Shown here: positions 11,068-23,437 of the stretch, piece after piece
How positions within the stretch are numbered: position 1 is the stretch's first letter
How the letters are laid out: each line of letters starts with the position of its first letter
Origin: Torpedo marmorata
Taxonomy: Eukaryota
Length of the DNA: 64,000 bases
Assembly: GCA_977017645.1 (NCBI GenBank)
Contig: OZ360227.1
Coordinates: forward strand, 126,356,001-126,420,000
Direction: 5' to 3'
Made by a program: the position numbers and the translations under genes
The notes under the pieces: generated by a model
The model's database searches: none
Told to the model about the DNA's origin: nothing
The model's input: the letters and a program-made list of their open reading frames with translations, nothing else

Positions 11068-13038
11068 TTAACAAAGTACACATTTAGTGGCAGAAGATGG
11101 ACAAGATGGGCAGCAGTTGCTATTGACCGTCCTCTCTATGTAAAGTTTAATTTAAAGAGTCATTAACAGGTTTAAATATTGGAAAAGACTGATGAATTAA
11201 CTTTTTTTTTTAGTTTTGATTAAACCCATTTATCCCTTTAGGATGGGCAAGTAGAGGAAGACGAATGACCTGGCTACAATTTAATCACTTTGAGTAAACC
11301 AAATTGAGACAGTCTTACTGGGCTGAAAACAGTGGAGAACTATCGAAGGAGGTTCGTGTAATCAACCATGTCAAAAACTATAGTGTGGATGAGAAGGGAA
11401 GGGAACTGGTCAATAGACATGGAACACGACATTTCTGATTGATTAGGACCATATCCATGTTGTGGCAGGAAAGGATCTTTTTTAAAAGATTAAAACTCAG
11501 AGCCACAGAATGAATACAAGACATGAGTGTATTTAGGAATATCTGCAGAGAAACAGAGATTGGTGATGGAATGAGAGTTTGATGATGTCTCCTTTGAGGG
11601 ATGGTCATTGTCCTTGTGGTTGCTTGGGACATGGAATAAAGCAAGGGAATATAGTGAGGATCAGGTCAACAGAGCAGACCATGAGTATCTTAGACAGATT
11701 TACCACACATATTGCATAATATCCACTTTCCTTTCATGAAGAGACTGTTTCATTCAATCCTTTAGCACAATTCATGAATTTTTGAAGAAATCTTGTTGGT
11801 ATCTAGTTGATTCTCTAATTGGTCTCTTTTCAGATTCAGGTCCAGATGATATTTTTTAACCTTTTGGACTTGTTTTGTTTCCATTGTGGAGTGATTTATG
11901 ATGGTTCTCTATAAATCAGAAAGAATGGTGATCTTCCTGCTACTGAGCAGGAATATTGTTGGTTTAAGTCCTGCTCCATTCAGCCCCAGCAAGTATCAAT
12001 GTTAGATTTAATCTTTGAAATTGACATCCATTGAGAAACTCAGGTTCAAAGAGAGTTAAATGCTGATTCCTCCCAACTCGCACCCACCCCATCTTATCTG
12101 GTCAGCGTGTCTGTGCAACTGGCTGTGAGTGGTTAATGATATGCCATGTAAAAAGTCTATTTGTTAGAGAATCAACACAGAGTGTAATTGGGTGGATAAA
12201 ACTGCTTTGCAGGAATAGGGTACTCCAATGTGCTGCCTCACTTAGAAGAGAATGAAGATGGAAATGAATATTTCCTCTATCAAAGTGATATAGCCTAAAA
12301 TGTAGAATAGTACCTGTATTATTCAAAATTGTTTCAGAATTAAACACAGATTTGTAAAATATAAAAATATTTACCAAAACATTTTCAGCTTCAATTTCTG
12401 AGAAGAGTATTTTTCTGCATTTTAAAGCAATGTTAATCTGACTATAACTGTGGGCAAGCTGTCACCACCAGACAAGCACCCCTCAAAGTGCAGTGATTAC
12501 AGGCCAACTTTATTGTTGCTGGGTATTTCTGTTCGAGTTTTATAGATCTAGAAGTCTGTAAGAAGCTGTTTCCACTACTTTGTCTCATTGATGAAGAAAT
12601 GCTGAAATGACATTTGTGTGAACAATTTATTAACTAAAGGACAACATAATGGAAATATGGATTTAAACTCAATGTCTGGCCACTTTTTCTCTGACATCTG
12701 GTGTACAAAGCTAAAAGGCTTGGGAAATCTATTTTTCAGTACTTATAATATATAACGATGAACGGATTGTGATCAAGAGGTGTTAGCCCAGTTCTTATTT
12801 AAATCAAGTCAAGTCAAGTCAAGTCACCTTTATTTGTCGTTCATACCATAACTACTAATGCAATACACAGTAAAGACGAGATAGCATTTCTCCAGCACCA
12901 TGAGCAAATTTACTTAAATAGAAGTTAAATATTAAGTCATAATACAATAAAAAAAATCTATAACATGCTAATACACATATATTTCTAAAAATTGAGGAGC
13001 CTGATGGCTTGGGGGAAAAAACTGTTGCACAGTCTGGA

Positions 13039-14263
13039 ATGGCAGAATCACAAACGGCAATGAGGAAGCGTACAGGAGGGAGATAGATCAGCTCATTGAA
13101 TGGTGTAACGACAACAACCTTGAGCTCAACGTCAGCAAAACCAAGGAGATGATTGTGGACTTTAGGAGGAAGTCAGGGGAACACGACCCAGTCCTCATCG
13201 AGGGCTCAGTAGTGGAGAGGGTCAAGAACTTCAAATTCCTGGGTGTCAACATCTCCGAGGATCTGTCCTGGAGCCTCCAAGTTGATACAATCACAAAGAA
13301 GGATCGTCAGCGGCTATACTTTGTGAGGTGCCTGAGAAGATTCGGTATGTCACTTAAGACTCTCGTAAACTTCTACAGGTGTACCATGGAGAGCATTCTG
13401 GCTGGTTGCATCACTGCCTGGTATGGAGGCGCCAACTCTCAGGACAAGAGTAAACTCCAGAGGGTTGTTAACTCGGCCTGTGACATCACAGGCAGCAAAC
13501 TTCACTCCATCGAGGACATCTACATTCAAGATTCAATTTATTGTCATGCAATAAAACAGTCATATTACACAAAATTCCTTTTGCCTGCTGTAAGGCAGAC
13601 AGATTCGCCATCGGCAAAAATTGCCTGAAGCGCCTCTTACAGTCAGAGAAAGAGAAGCAAAAGAGAGTCCCCCCAGAGTCACCCAGTGTCTGTAGATTTG
13701 CCTCTGCAGCCACACAAAGTCCAGTCCAAACCATTGGCAACCCGAGCTCCAGATCTGAACCTCCGACACGGTGAGGAACCCTTCAGCGCCTTCGGCACCC
13801 CCTCACATCCCGGTTCCGATTCCTGGTACCCCTTCAGCCAGTTTAAGCCAGTCTCCAGCAGTCCGCAGCCCGGCGCGAGTCTCCAGACAGTAGTCTCCAG
13901 AAACCCACAGCCTCCGCGGGTTCCTCGCCTCGAGTCACCAGCAGCGGTGTCTTAAAAAAGCAGCCTCTATCCTCAAAGACCCCCACCACCCAGGCCATGC
14001 CTTCTTCACTCTGCTACCATCGGGAAAAAGGTACAGGAGCCTAAAGACGAACACTCAACGGCACAAGGACAGCTTCTTCCCCACTGCCAGCAGATTCCTG
14101 AATAACCAATGAACCAAAGACTGCCTTATTTTTCGTGCACTATTATTTATAATTTTTATAGTAATGTCGTAAGATGGTTATAATATGAATGTTAATTGCA
14201 CTATGATGTTGCCGCAAAACACCAAATTTCATGACTTGTTCATGACAATAAATTCTGATTCTG
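13039..14263 (+). mobile_element. Rex/Babar-like LINE 3' fragment (family B), interrupted by a SINE
   Basis: ORF 13149-13628 N-part (KEMIVDFRR...FKFLGVNISEDLSW...FYRCTMESILAGCITAWYG) is Rex1/Babar RT C-terminus; tail ATGACAATAAA(TTCTGA)n. Confidence 0.85.
13524..13945 (-). mobile_element. GC-rich SINE-like retroelement with Rex-type tail
   Basis: Interrupts the family B ORF; minus-strand end ATGACAATAAATTGAATCTTGAAT; homologous to 19020-19170 plus 19908-19936. Confidence 0.7.
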
Positions 14264-15314
14264 CATGCATCGTGTGTTGTAGATGTCCGTCATGGTAGGA
14301 AGAGAGACCCCAATAATTTTCTCCGCTGACCCCACTATCCTCTGCAGGGTCTTACGGTCTGAGATGGTACAAATACAAATACAAATGAAAATGATACAAA
14401 TGAAATCTGCAGTGTTGACCATATCCGAATAAATAACTTGATCATTGTTTTTATATTTTCACTGAAATCCAACCTTCAAACAGACATTTTCCTTTCCAAA
14501 AAAATTTGATCTCTTGATAAGCAAAGAAATAGACAACAAATCAGTACAGACCCCGTACCACTACTTTCAAAATTAACAGCAAGGTAGACAGAAGGGGATT
14601 CAAAACATCTGGGTCAGGGCTTAAAAGTCTTGCAATGGAGCTGTACTGTAAACCCTCTGCTAATGATATGAGTCTGATTTTCATATCTATCAGTCTGTGC
14701 TGGAAGCCTTACTTTTGCAATGTTGCCCTTCACACACCAGTTATATGTAAATATATTCACTGGCAAATCATGACAGAATATTTAATAATTTAATGATCCA
14801 GCATTGCATTACCTACAATTATGCATTGTAATTAACATATATTTCAGGCCAACTAATACTAACCAATTGCTATTTGAGAGTAGGAAAATTGAGACGACTA
14901 ATCTTTTTATTTTAGTTTCTTCCCTATATCTTCATTGACCAGCATGCCTTACCTAGAAACCATTGAGTTTGATACAAAAACCACGCACTGAAATGCTCAC
15001 ACCTCTTTGTCTCCAAGATCTTGTGGGAGCTCATCAACATTCATGATGAGATTACTAATCCCTTTTATGGCCTTTTCAAATGATATTTAAAACTGCATAT
15101 GTGACAAAATATTTTTATTATTTTATAAACCAGCCCAAAATAAGTTATCCTTTTCTACACCTGTTTCTTTTTTCAATTGAGATCAGTTGTGATCTTCTTC
15201 TCATTCAGTTTTAATTTAATATATCTGTTTTAGTTTGCCCAGACCATGGGAACAATGGGTGCTGTACGGATGTTGTTACCTTCCCATAATTTGCCTCGTT
15301 GGTTGTGGTTCATT

Positions 15315-15570
15315 GAGCCATAGAGTCCTGGAGATGTACAGCACAGAAATGGGTCCTTTGGCCCAATATATCTATGCAAACCTTTTTGGCTATCTATACT
15401 ATTCCAATTTTCCTGCATTAAGACCATATCCCTTTATGCCTTGCCTACTTAAGTGCCTATCCAAATGCTTCTTAATCACTGTGATTGTATCTGATTCCAC
15501 CACCTCCTCTGGCAGTGCATTCCAGATGTCAACTACTCTTTGTGTAAAACTATTTTCCTTCAAATCCACT
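15315..15570 (-). mobile_element. CR1 (HER1-like) 3' end
   Basis: ORF 15399-15641 FTQRVVDIWNALPEEVVE...KKHLDRHL. Confidence 0.8.
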
Positions 15571-15944
15571 GTCTTACTCTCACAATGCTGTTGGGTTAGG
15601 AGTTCCAAGATTAAAACACCTTGATGATAAAAGAACAGCAATATATGTTCAACTCAGGATGATGTCACTTGGAAGGAAATTTGCAAGTGGTAGCATTCCC
15701 ATGTATTGTTGTTCTTGGTGGTAGAAGCTGTGTTGTTGGACAAGTCTGGATACTGCATCTTGTAGATGGTACACACTGCAGTAATGGTGGAGACACTGAG
15801 TGTTTAAATGGTTACCAGAATCCAAATCAATTAAACTGTTTGTCCAAGATGGGCGAGCTTCCTGAGTGTTGTTGGATCTGCTTTCATTCAGAAAATTGGA
15901 GAGCTGGGTTTGAAGGTAAAGATGCAAGTAACATGATAACCACA

Positions 15945-16140
15945 AGAGCAAAAAAAAACAACCAAACTGCTGGAAGAACTCAACAGATCAAGCGGGTTCT
16001 GTGAAGGGAAAGAGAGTCAATGTTTTGGATCATGACACTGCATCAGGACTGGCATCCCCAGATGCTGCTTGACCTGCTGGGTTTCTCCAGCAGTTTGTTT
16101 TTTCCCTCAAGATTCCAGCATCTGCAGGCTCTTATGTCTC
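15945..16140. mobile_element. Short inverted pair of PLE termini with a decayed hammerhead
   Basis: aaactgctggaagaactcaacagatcaagc ... gcttgacctgctgggtttctccagcagttt inverted arms; minus strand agtcCTGATGc...aaaacattgact. Confidence 0.6.
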
Positions 16141-19019
16141 CATGATAACCACCGGTGCTGGTTAACAGCTGGATGTGTGACTGAGGGTAGTTTTGTCCCT
16201 TTTCTCCCCTCCTGGCATTATTGCTCTGACAGACATTAGCGAATTCAACACAGGTCAGTTCTACAATGTTCAAAATCAGTATTGCCATCCAGTGAATCTT
16301 CCCACGAGCCTTCGATCGATTCCCATTTCTTTAGTAACAAGCTGAAAAATACCTATCTGTAGCAATATAACAATATTTTCAGAATGTTGAGTTACTTGCA
16401 TATATTTATGATTTTATTTTACAATTTAATATTTTTAATAAATATTACTCATTACTCATGTCTAATAGTGCAATCTTGGACACCCACAAATGAGCTAAAA
16501 GTATATCCTGGATCAAACAGTATGGTGTATGGTGTAAAAAGAAAATAATAATTCATTTTTAATTCATTTTTAAAATAATGAAAAGTATGGGAACAGATAG
16601 TTAATTCAGTGAAAAAAATTGCTGCAATCTTGAAAGGGTGAAGCGTTCCTATTTTAGTATGTACAGTACATCACAGAAATAATACTGGGCTTTGCTGTGT
16701 TAAGTTGCCGCAGGCTTACCACACTGCAACTTTACACCTATTTCAAAAGAGCATCCTTCAAGGCACCATGGGATTTTGCATTCTTTTTAGTATTGGAATT
16801 CGGCTTCTTTGGGCTAAGACAACCACATCAGGTGTTGAACTTGAGTTAGTGCTGAGGCTGCAGGTCCATAGGAGAATGCCAGAATGTAATCTGGCCGTGA
16901 CTGTCTCCATTATTGCCATCAAAGGCAACAGATGTACAGCTATACTCCCTGAACTGCAGTCAGCCCAGACCACCACCACTAAAAGCTTAGTAAGAACTAA
17001 AGTATATGATATACTCAGTGTAAAATATGTTCTAATTTTTTTTATTGTTATACCAAATTACAATGGTTTTAAATAATTAAATACCCCCTTATAACTGAAA
17101 GAAGTAGGTGTCATGGAGGACCCCAAATTTTATAGCTAGTGACTGATATTAGTGTCTTGTGCAAATCCAGTTCCATATATTTCTGCTCAAATTACGTCTT
17201 CAGCTTCAAATATAATTCATATACTGCTTCATAAAGGTTGACCTGAGTACAGTAAGATAAATACAATATTTGAACAGTTTAAATCCTATTGTTTAAGCAA
17301 GGTGAACTGACCTTTTCAGCTTTTATGACATATTTATACATTTTTACAATGTTATATTTGAGATTTAATTCCCAGTCTATAACATTTTAAATTCTTTAAG
17401 AATGTCCAGGAGCACACATTTTCTGTTTGTTCATATTTTATTACACAAACACCACTGAGAATTCCACAAAATGCTATGTGATCTCTAAAGATTTGTTAAA
17501 ATGATTGCAGATGACTGCATTACCTGAAAGCCACTCACAAAGGATCAGATCATTATTATCGTTCATGGTTACACACTGATATAAATTTTCCAAATGAATG
17601 AATTATGTATTTCATGTTTTCTGTTATCAGACTAGATGTTCTCATTTTAAGATTTGACTGCCTCCTATAGCACTGCAATAACTAGGCCATTTAAGATCTA
17701 ATTATGCCTCCACTCTTTCTTGAAATGACTAAATCAGCATCTGTTCTATAATTATCATTAGTGAATGTGTATAGGTGCCATGTACTGTGTAAGAAATGCC
17801 TAAGTAGGAATATTTTAAATATGAAGGTCAATAAAAGAGTGCCAGTATAATGTTAATGTAATCTTTAAACATTCTTCAGCTCTGATTGAAACACAAATGA
17901 ATTGAGTTTAAATGCAAAAGGCTATTTTCATAAAGGAGGTAGATTTTTGTTTGTTCCATTTTTGATTTTTGAGATATAACTGTATCAAACAACAATAACC
18001 AAGTAATGAAATCTCACTTTATGCTGTATTAATGTCACAGGCATTGCATATATTACTGCATGTAATAAAAACATATGCTAATGATCAATTCTGATGATTT
18101 TTTTATAGTTTTAGGTGAAAATCTGTAAAGTTTGCTGTTTGACATTTGGATATTTTAGTCTTATTTCAGCAACAATCATGCAATGCAATTAGCTAAAATG
18201 CAGGTAATTGTATTCTGTAATGTCTGTTTTTTAAGTAATGAGTTCCTGTTCAGAATTGCTACCACATTCTGAATTAAGAATAAAGTCCACTGTGATTATA
18301 ATATTACAATATAACCAGAACAGAAATAATATTGGCATGATTTTTGTGAGCTTGCTATATTTCACTTTTTCTCATGAAGGCAACAAAATATGAGTACAGA
18401 GTTAATCCATATTTTGAAATTTACAAAAGTGTTCAAAATATGTATTACAAAAAATATTAACGTAATGATTCCAATGGAAAAGATAAAGGACTATAAATTG
18501 CTGACCAAGGATCAGGATAGAATTCAAGTGTTGATCTTACCTTTAGCTTTTTCAACACATGAGATAAGGCCATTGTGATATGACTAATATGATACCATAT
18601 TTCCTGAATTTGATATGCCTAAATCCTTATTACATTACCAGACAGTGTTGGATACTGTTAGAACACTCCTAAATAATTATTAATATTAAACAACTTCTTA
18701 CTACTCTGTCATACAGAATATTTGGTAGCTTCTTTTGGCAGGCTTAGTTTCATAGAAAGTTACCTCATCCAACAATTATTGCTTCTAGCTTCTCATAATT
18801 TTACATAGAATGTTTAATCTGTTACACTCATGACATATCCAGGTCAAAGTTTAATGAAGTATCATCTGATTAGCTAGGGAAAGGAAGAGCTTCATTGAGG
18901 CTGACAGCTAATCACATGCCACTTTTTTTATTAAGGTGTTCATGAATGGAGAAATTTTTGGAGGCAGAGAAAAGTTGAGCAATTAATAAAACTAAACAGA
19001 AAATAAGAACATGAACATA

Positions 19020-19936
19020 AACTCAGTGTCTCTGAAGGGACTCTCTTTTTCTTCTCTTTCTCTAACTGTAAGGGGTGCCGGGCAATACTAATGGCGACTC
19101 TTGGTCTGCCTTACAGCAGGCAAAATAAAATTTTGTGCAGTATTACATTTTCTGCATTAAAATAAATTACATGGCTCACAAACAAGCACCAGGACTTGGC
19201 CTGGCTGGTGGTGAGAGGAGCCCTCCCAGTCAGATCCTTCCTATACCACCAGAACATCACCCACCACACACGTTGTCCTCGAGATGACTGGGGTGGAGTG
19301 GAGACTGTTGCCCACCTCTTTGCTGAATGCAGATTCACAAAGAGTGTGTGGATAACAATGCAAGGGTCTTTGTCACGGTTCATCCCCAGTGGTAGCATGA
19401 CAGAGGACTCTCTGATTTACGGGCTGTTCCCAGGGATGCACTTGGAGTCAAACATCCAGAACTGCTGGAAGACCATCAACTCAGTGAAAGACGCACTTTG
19501 GTCTGCCTGAAACCTGTTGGTCTTTCAGCATACTGAGATGTCAGTCCGGGAATGCTGCCGACTGGCACATTCCAGGCTGCAGGAGTACATGCTGAGGGAC
19601 GCACTGAGGCTTTGTGCAACCAATGCGAGGGCACTGTGGAGAAGGACCACATTCTAGCGTCCTACCATTACCGAGCACTGAGGGGCTGAGACCAAGGGGA
19701 AGTCCCTCAACCAACGGGAGTCGGGGGGGGGGAGAAATGACAAGGTGCCACAGTCGTGTTAATGGTGTATTTAGAGAACAAAGGTAACAGTGTACATTGA
19801 AGAGAATGTATAGATATGACTGACATTATGGGTGTAAAAAGTCTTTGAATGCTTTTCTTTTTTGTAAATAAATGATTGTGAATAAAGTCTATTTTTGGTT
19901 AAAAAAATGACATGACAATAAAGGAATCGTGAATCA
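19020..19936 (+). mobile_element. GC-rich SINE 3' part (same family as 13524-13945) interrupted by a Tx1-type L1
   Basis: gggactctcttttt...ctgtaag...gtctgccttacagcaggcaaaa matches the 13.6 kb copy; its tail ACATGACAATAAAGGAATCGTGAATC resumes at about 19908. Confidence 0.7.
19174..19907 (+). mobile_element. 5'-truncated Tx1-clade L1 retrotransposon (ORF2 zinc-knuckle end plus 3'UTR, A tail)
   Basis: ORF 19196-19510 WLVVRGALPVRSFL...CPR...ETVAHLFAEC...VW...VKDALW is Tx1-type ORF2 C-terminus; AATAAA and A7 tail; imperfect TSD TTACATG/TGACATG. Confidence 0.8.
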
Positions 19937-22039
19937 AAACTGATCAGAAGAGAAAGAATAATAAAAATAAATACAGTATGGAAGAACAGGAAGAAAGTGG
20001 GAAATTAGTTTAGAACAAAACAAGGGATATTTTTACTCATAATCTTAAAGCATGCATATTAAGAATTCAGTAATAAAACTACACTAAACATCATAAAGGC
20101 ACTTCCAATGTACTCTTAAGTAATTTTGAGAGTGAGATAAACAATTTTAAATGAAAGGAAAATAAACCAGTCAGCATCTGTAAAGAGAAAATAAATGTGG
20201 TTGCATTTAAATTATAAGGTTACAGAATAGAAAGAATGCTGATGGTGTGATGGGTGAGTGGTGGGGGATGGGGCGAGGGGGGTAGTTGGAGGGTAGTGAA
20301 GTTGGGTACCCAACTGATATTTCATTCACAGAGAGAAAATTATGTCAAATTATTCGTAAATTGCTTTACAGAAAATATTTAGTGTTATAGGTAGTTTTTA
20401 ACTGCCCCTGCCGACCAGAAACACATTATTGTGAAGTTAAAACAGAGATGGATAGCCATATCATGCCAATTAACCTTTCCTTGAATGTCCCTGGGCATTC
20501 CATTTGATGCCCAACAATCCTTCCTAGTTAAGGAAAACTAATGTAACATATACATAGTTATACATACACCAGTTATCCCTGCCAAGAAAGCAGTAGACCT
20601 CTTTCTTTTTTAATGTGATCATAATTTCCACAAGAATGCAAAATGTTGACTGTTCCTCTTTCCACAGATGCTGCCTCACCTGCTGAGTTTTTCCAACAGT
20701 TTCTGCTTTTGTTTCAGATTTACAGCATTTGCGGTTACTTTTGATCTCCAATTATTCATTTACCCGGAGAATTCAACCTCCAGGACATGTGTACTGTAGA
20801 TAGGTGCGTTAAGTTTTGGTAGAATGCAGAGCACCAACTGAATGCTATTTCTGATCTCTCTCCTTCCCACTTCAACATTGTCCTAATAATCTTCAAGAAC
20901 AATCTATCTTCTTTCTGCATCACTTTGATCTTAACATTAATCTGCTAATTTCAGAGCTGAGTCCCACATTTGTTTATTTGCTTCTGATATGTGTCAGTGT
21001 TCAGAACAGGAAGCCAGTCATCGTTCGGTTGGAAAACGACTCGGTACTCAAGGTAATGAAAGTCCGATTCCATGGTGTTAACAAACAAAGCTGTCACGGC
21101 TTATTTGTCTTTTAATGCAACATCCGCTGTGTTTCCATTTATTTTCCTTTCTTTAATTCCCAGACCTTTCTTCAACAAGCACGATACTTTTTCTCCTTTT
21201 TCTCTCTACTTCTGCCTTCATTCGTAGTCCTCAAGGCATTACAATAACTCTTTATCCGTGAGCTTCCAGTTGATATCGAGTACACGGCCCGGATGCTACA
21301 AGACCTTTACCCTTATCTTTGACCTGCCGCACATTTCTACATTCTCTGCTTTTATTTCAAATTTCCAGACTTAGCAGCTTTCATTTTCATTTGAAATATG
21401 AAAAGTACAAATGTCGATGTGTACAAAACTTTTCGCATGCATTGATCATTGCCACTTCTAAATAACTTTACTCAATGTAGTACACGCACTTCCCGTTATG
21501 ATAGATTGGCTCGACCTGATGTCGTGCACCCCTTAATTTGCGCAATTTGGTCCTTTTTATTAATACACACCTTTATCAACTATAGGTATATACTAAGGAA
21601 GCATTTCATTACAATTTCAATCCAACAGTTGTCCAGCTGGACTTTATTTATACAGTCCATAATTTTACCTTTTAATGATAATGTCCTTGCTTCATCCACC
21701 CCACCCCCCACACGGAAATATATTGTTGAATTATAAAACCTGATTTAGTCATTGTTATAATTAAAACATATTCTTTATACATGTATTAATATTTCGAAGC
21801 TGGTATTTAGAGCTAAAATATTCCAAATCGTTAGTTGAAGCATAAAAATGTAAATGTGTGTCTATAGTTCAGATTTCAAACATGAACAATTTTCCTTTAA
21901 AACTCTGGGGTTAAAAGTTGATGTAGTGACTTACTGAACCATCGGAGAATAATTCGGGATACTTCTGGACTGGACAACGATAATTAACAGTATCATGTTT
22001 AACCACGGAACTTAAAAAAAAAGTCCCCACAGGATTTGA

Positions 22040-23404
22040 TGTTCCAATATGCACGCCCTTCCTCAGTACAATGGCGTTCTTTAATCTTCATTTCTTTTCT
22101 GTGCCCTGAAATTATGACGACGAGCAGATGTTACGTAGTCGTGGGGACGATTTAATAGACCCGCTCATAAAAAAATATGAATTAATCCAAAACTTGAACA
22201 GTGTTCAAACTTTTAGCAAAAACGCTGAAGACATTCACAAGGGAACGCTGTATCTGCCCGATCAATCTACTTTAAAAAGGAAGCACAACTGTTCATTCAG
22301 GGGAAAATACAAAGAGTATTTCGCGAGTTGGAAGGCATTGGGCGCAAGTGTAGCAGTTCAGTGTTGTTGGGGCCAGGCGACTCCCTCCCTCTCCCTCTCT
22401 CCCTGCCCTATACCCTCGCTTGAGTTTCACTGCCGGACTCTGGTTTGAAATTGCCTCTCGGACTGGGACGCATGCGTGCTCCGCTCCTCGGCCCAGGCAG
22501 CTGTTTTGGGTCCGAATTCCAACATGGCAGGCTTTCGAGCGCACTGGTTTGAAAACTTGGAATGATTTCAAAACCTTGGCACTCTTTACTTACGCCGAGC
22601 TCCTGTTCAACGCTAAACCCTGGGTGGATGGTTCCGATTCCCGCGGCGACCCTCTGAACAATCGCAGGTAAGACTTTATTTCGCCCCGAAGTGGCAGCAA
22701 CGTTTATGTTTGAATCCCGCAAAGCGCAAGGGGAGAGATTATGTACGTGGAGCAGAGAGGAAAAAAAAAAACCCGCGCATGACTTGCCCAATGTTTATCT
22801 TCACCGGGAGACCCCTTGTGTTATCCGTGGCCTGCAGCGGACTCTTGCAAAACAAAGGGAGAGTCGGAGTTTTCATTGAAGTAAGCGGGGAATTGCAGCA
22901 GTGAGGATTCAAGAGTTCACCCCAACCCCCCATGTGCATGTTCTGTTCCCCACTGAAGCCGGGCAGAGTTATTCTGCTGTCGAATCAGGCAGCGGTGAGA
23001 AAGTGAGAGTGCTTGGGAGTACGATCTGCCGGGGAAATAACTTCTGGTCAAAGTGTAATAAAAGCATTACTTGCCGTAATGTGTGCGGGCAATTCTTTAT
23101 TAAAAAAAACCACCCAAGTGTCAGAACCGAGGCTGAACCTGGGCTGCAACTGTTCGGCTCTGAACAGATAACCACATCATCTATTTTCAGGCTTGCAAGG
23201 AAGCATGGTGGGCGTATTGTGCCTTGAAAACGGGGAGAGGGCGAGATGTGTAATCTAATGGTATATACAGTAGAGTGATCCTATTACTGTCCTCCCCGGA
23301 GCTTCTTGTTAGTTTCCATGGAAGTGAGTGAAATTGACAGCGACTTGAATTCGTGATCATGTGCTTGTATTTTATGTGTGTGTGTGTGTGTGCATGTGCG
23401 CGCA

Positions 23405-23420
<16 letters not shown>
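22040..23420 (+). promoter_or_regulatory. CpG-rich promoter / first-exon region of an unidentified gene
   Basis: Marked local CpG enrichment in non-repetitive DNA; pyrimidine tract 22380-22420; NRF1-like ACGCATGCGT about 22468; strong donor CAG|GTAAGA at 22667/22668. Confidence 0.6.
22400..22667 (+). other. Candidate non-coding first exon (start approximate)
   Basis: Ends at a consensus 5' splice site inside the CpG-rich block; no convincing ATG-initiated reading frame. Confidence 0.4.

Positions 23421-23435
<15 letters not shown>
23374..23435. repeat. Compound microsatellite (TG)n-(CG)n-(CT)n
   Basis: Directly visible. Confidence 0.95.

Positions 23436-23437
<2 letters not shown>

Larger units (their letters stand above)
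12805..14370 (-). mobile_element. Rex/Babar-like LINE 3' fragment (family A), split into 12805-13038 and 14264-14370
   Basis: Tail (GACTT)n; both halves are reverse complements of the uninterrupted copy at 50168-50591. Confidence 0.8.

Noticed and set aside
11380-11680. Old LINE-like stretches (also about 1300-1700, 15600-15940, 55650-56250, 58700-59130)
   Set aside because: Probably decayed L2/CR1-group relics but too diverged to delimit or classify by eye
20954-21052. Possible upstream exon (tttcag|...AAG|GTAATG)
   Set aside because: Splice-like motifs only; no frame or other support, expected by chance
22128-23227. Several 60-127 aa ORFs over the CpG-rich region as host CDS
   Set aside because: No recognisable domain, mostly non-ATG starts, overlapping in all frames as expected in GC-rich DNA
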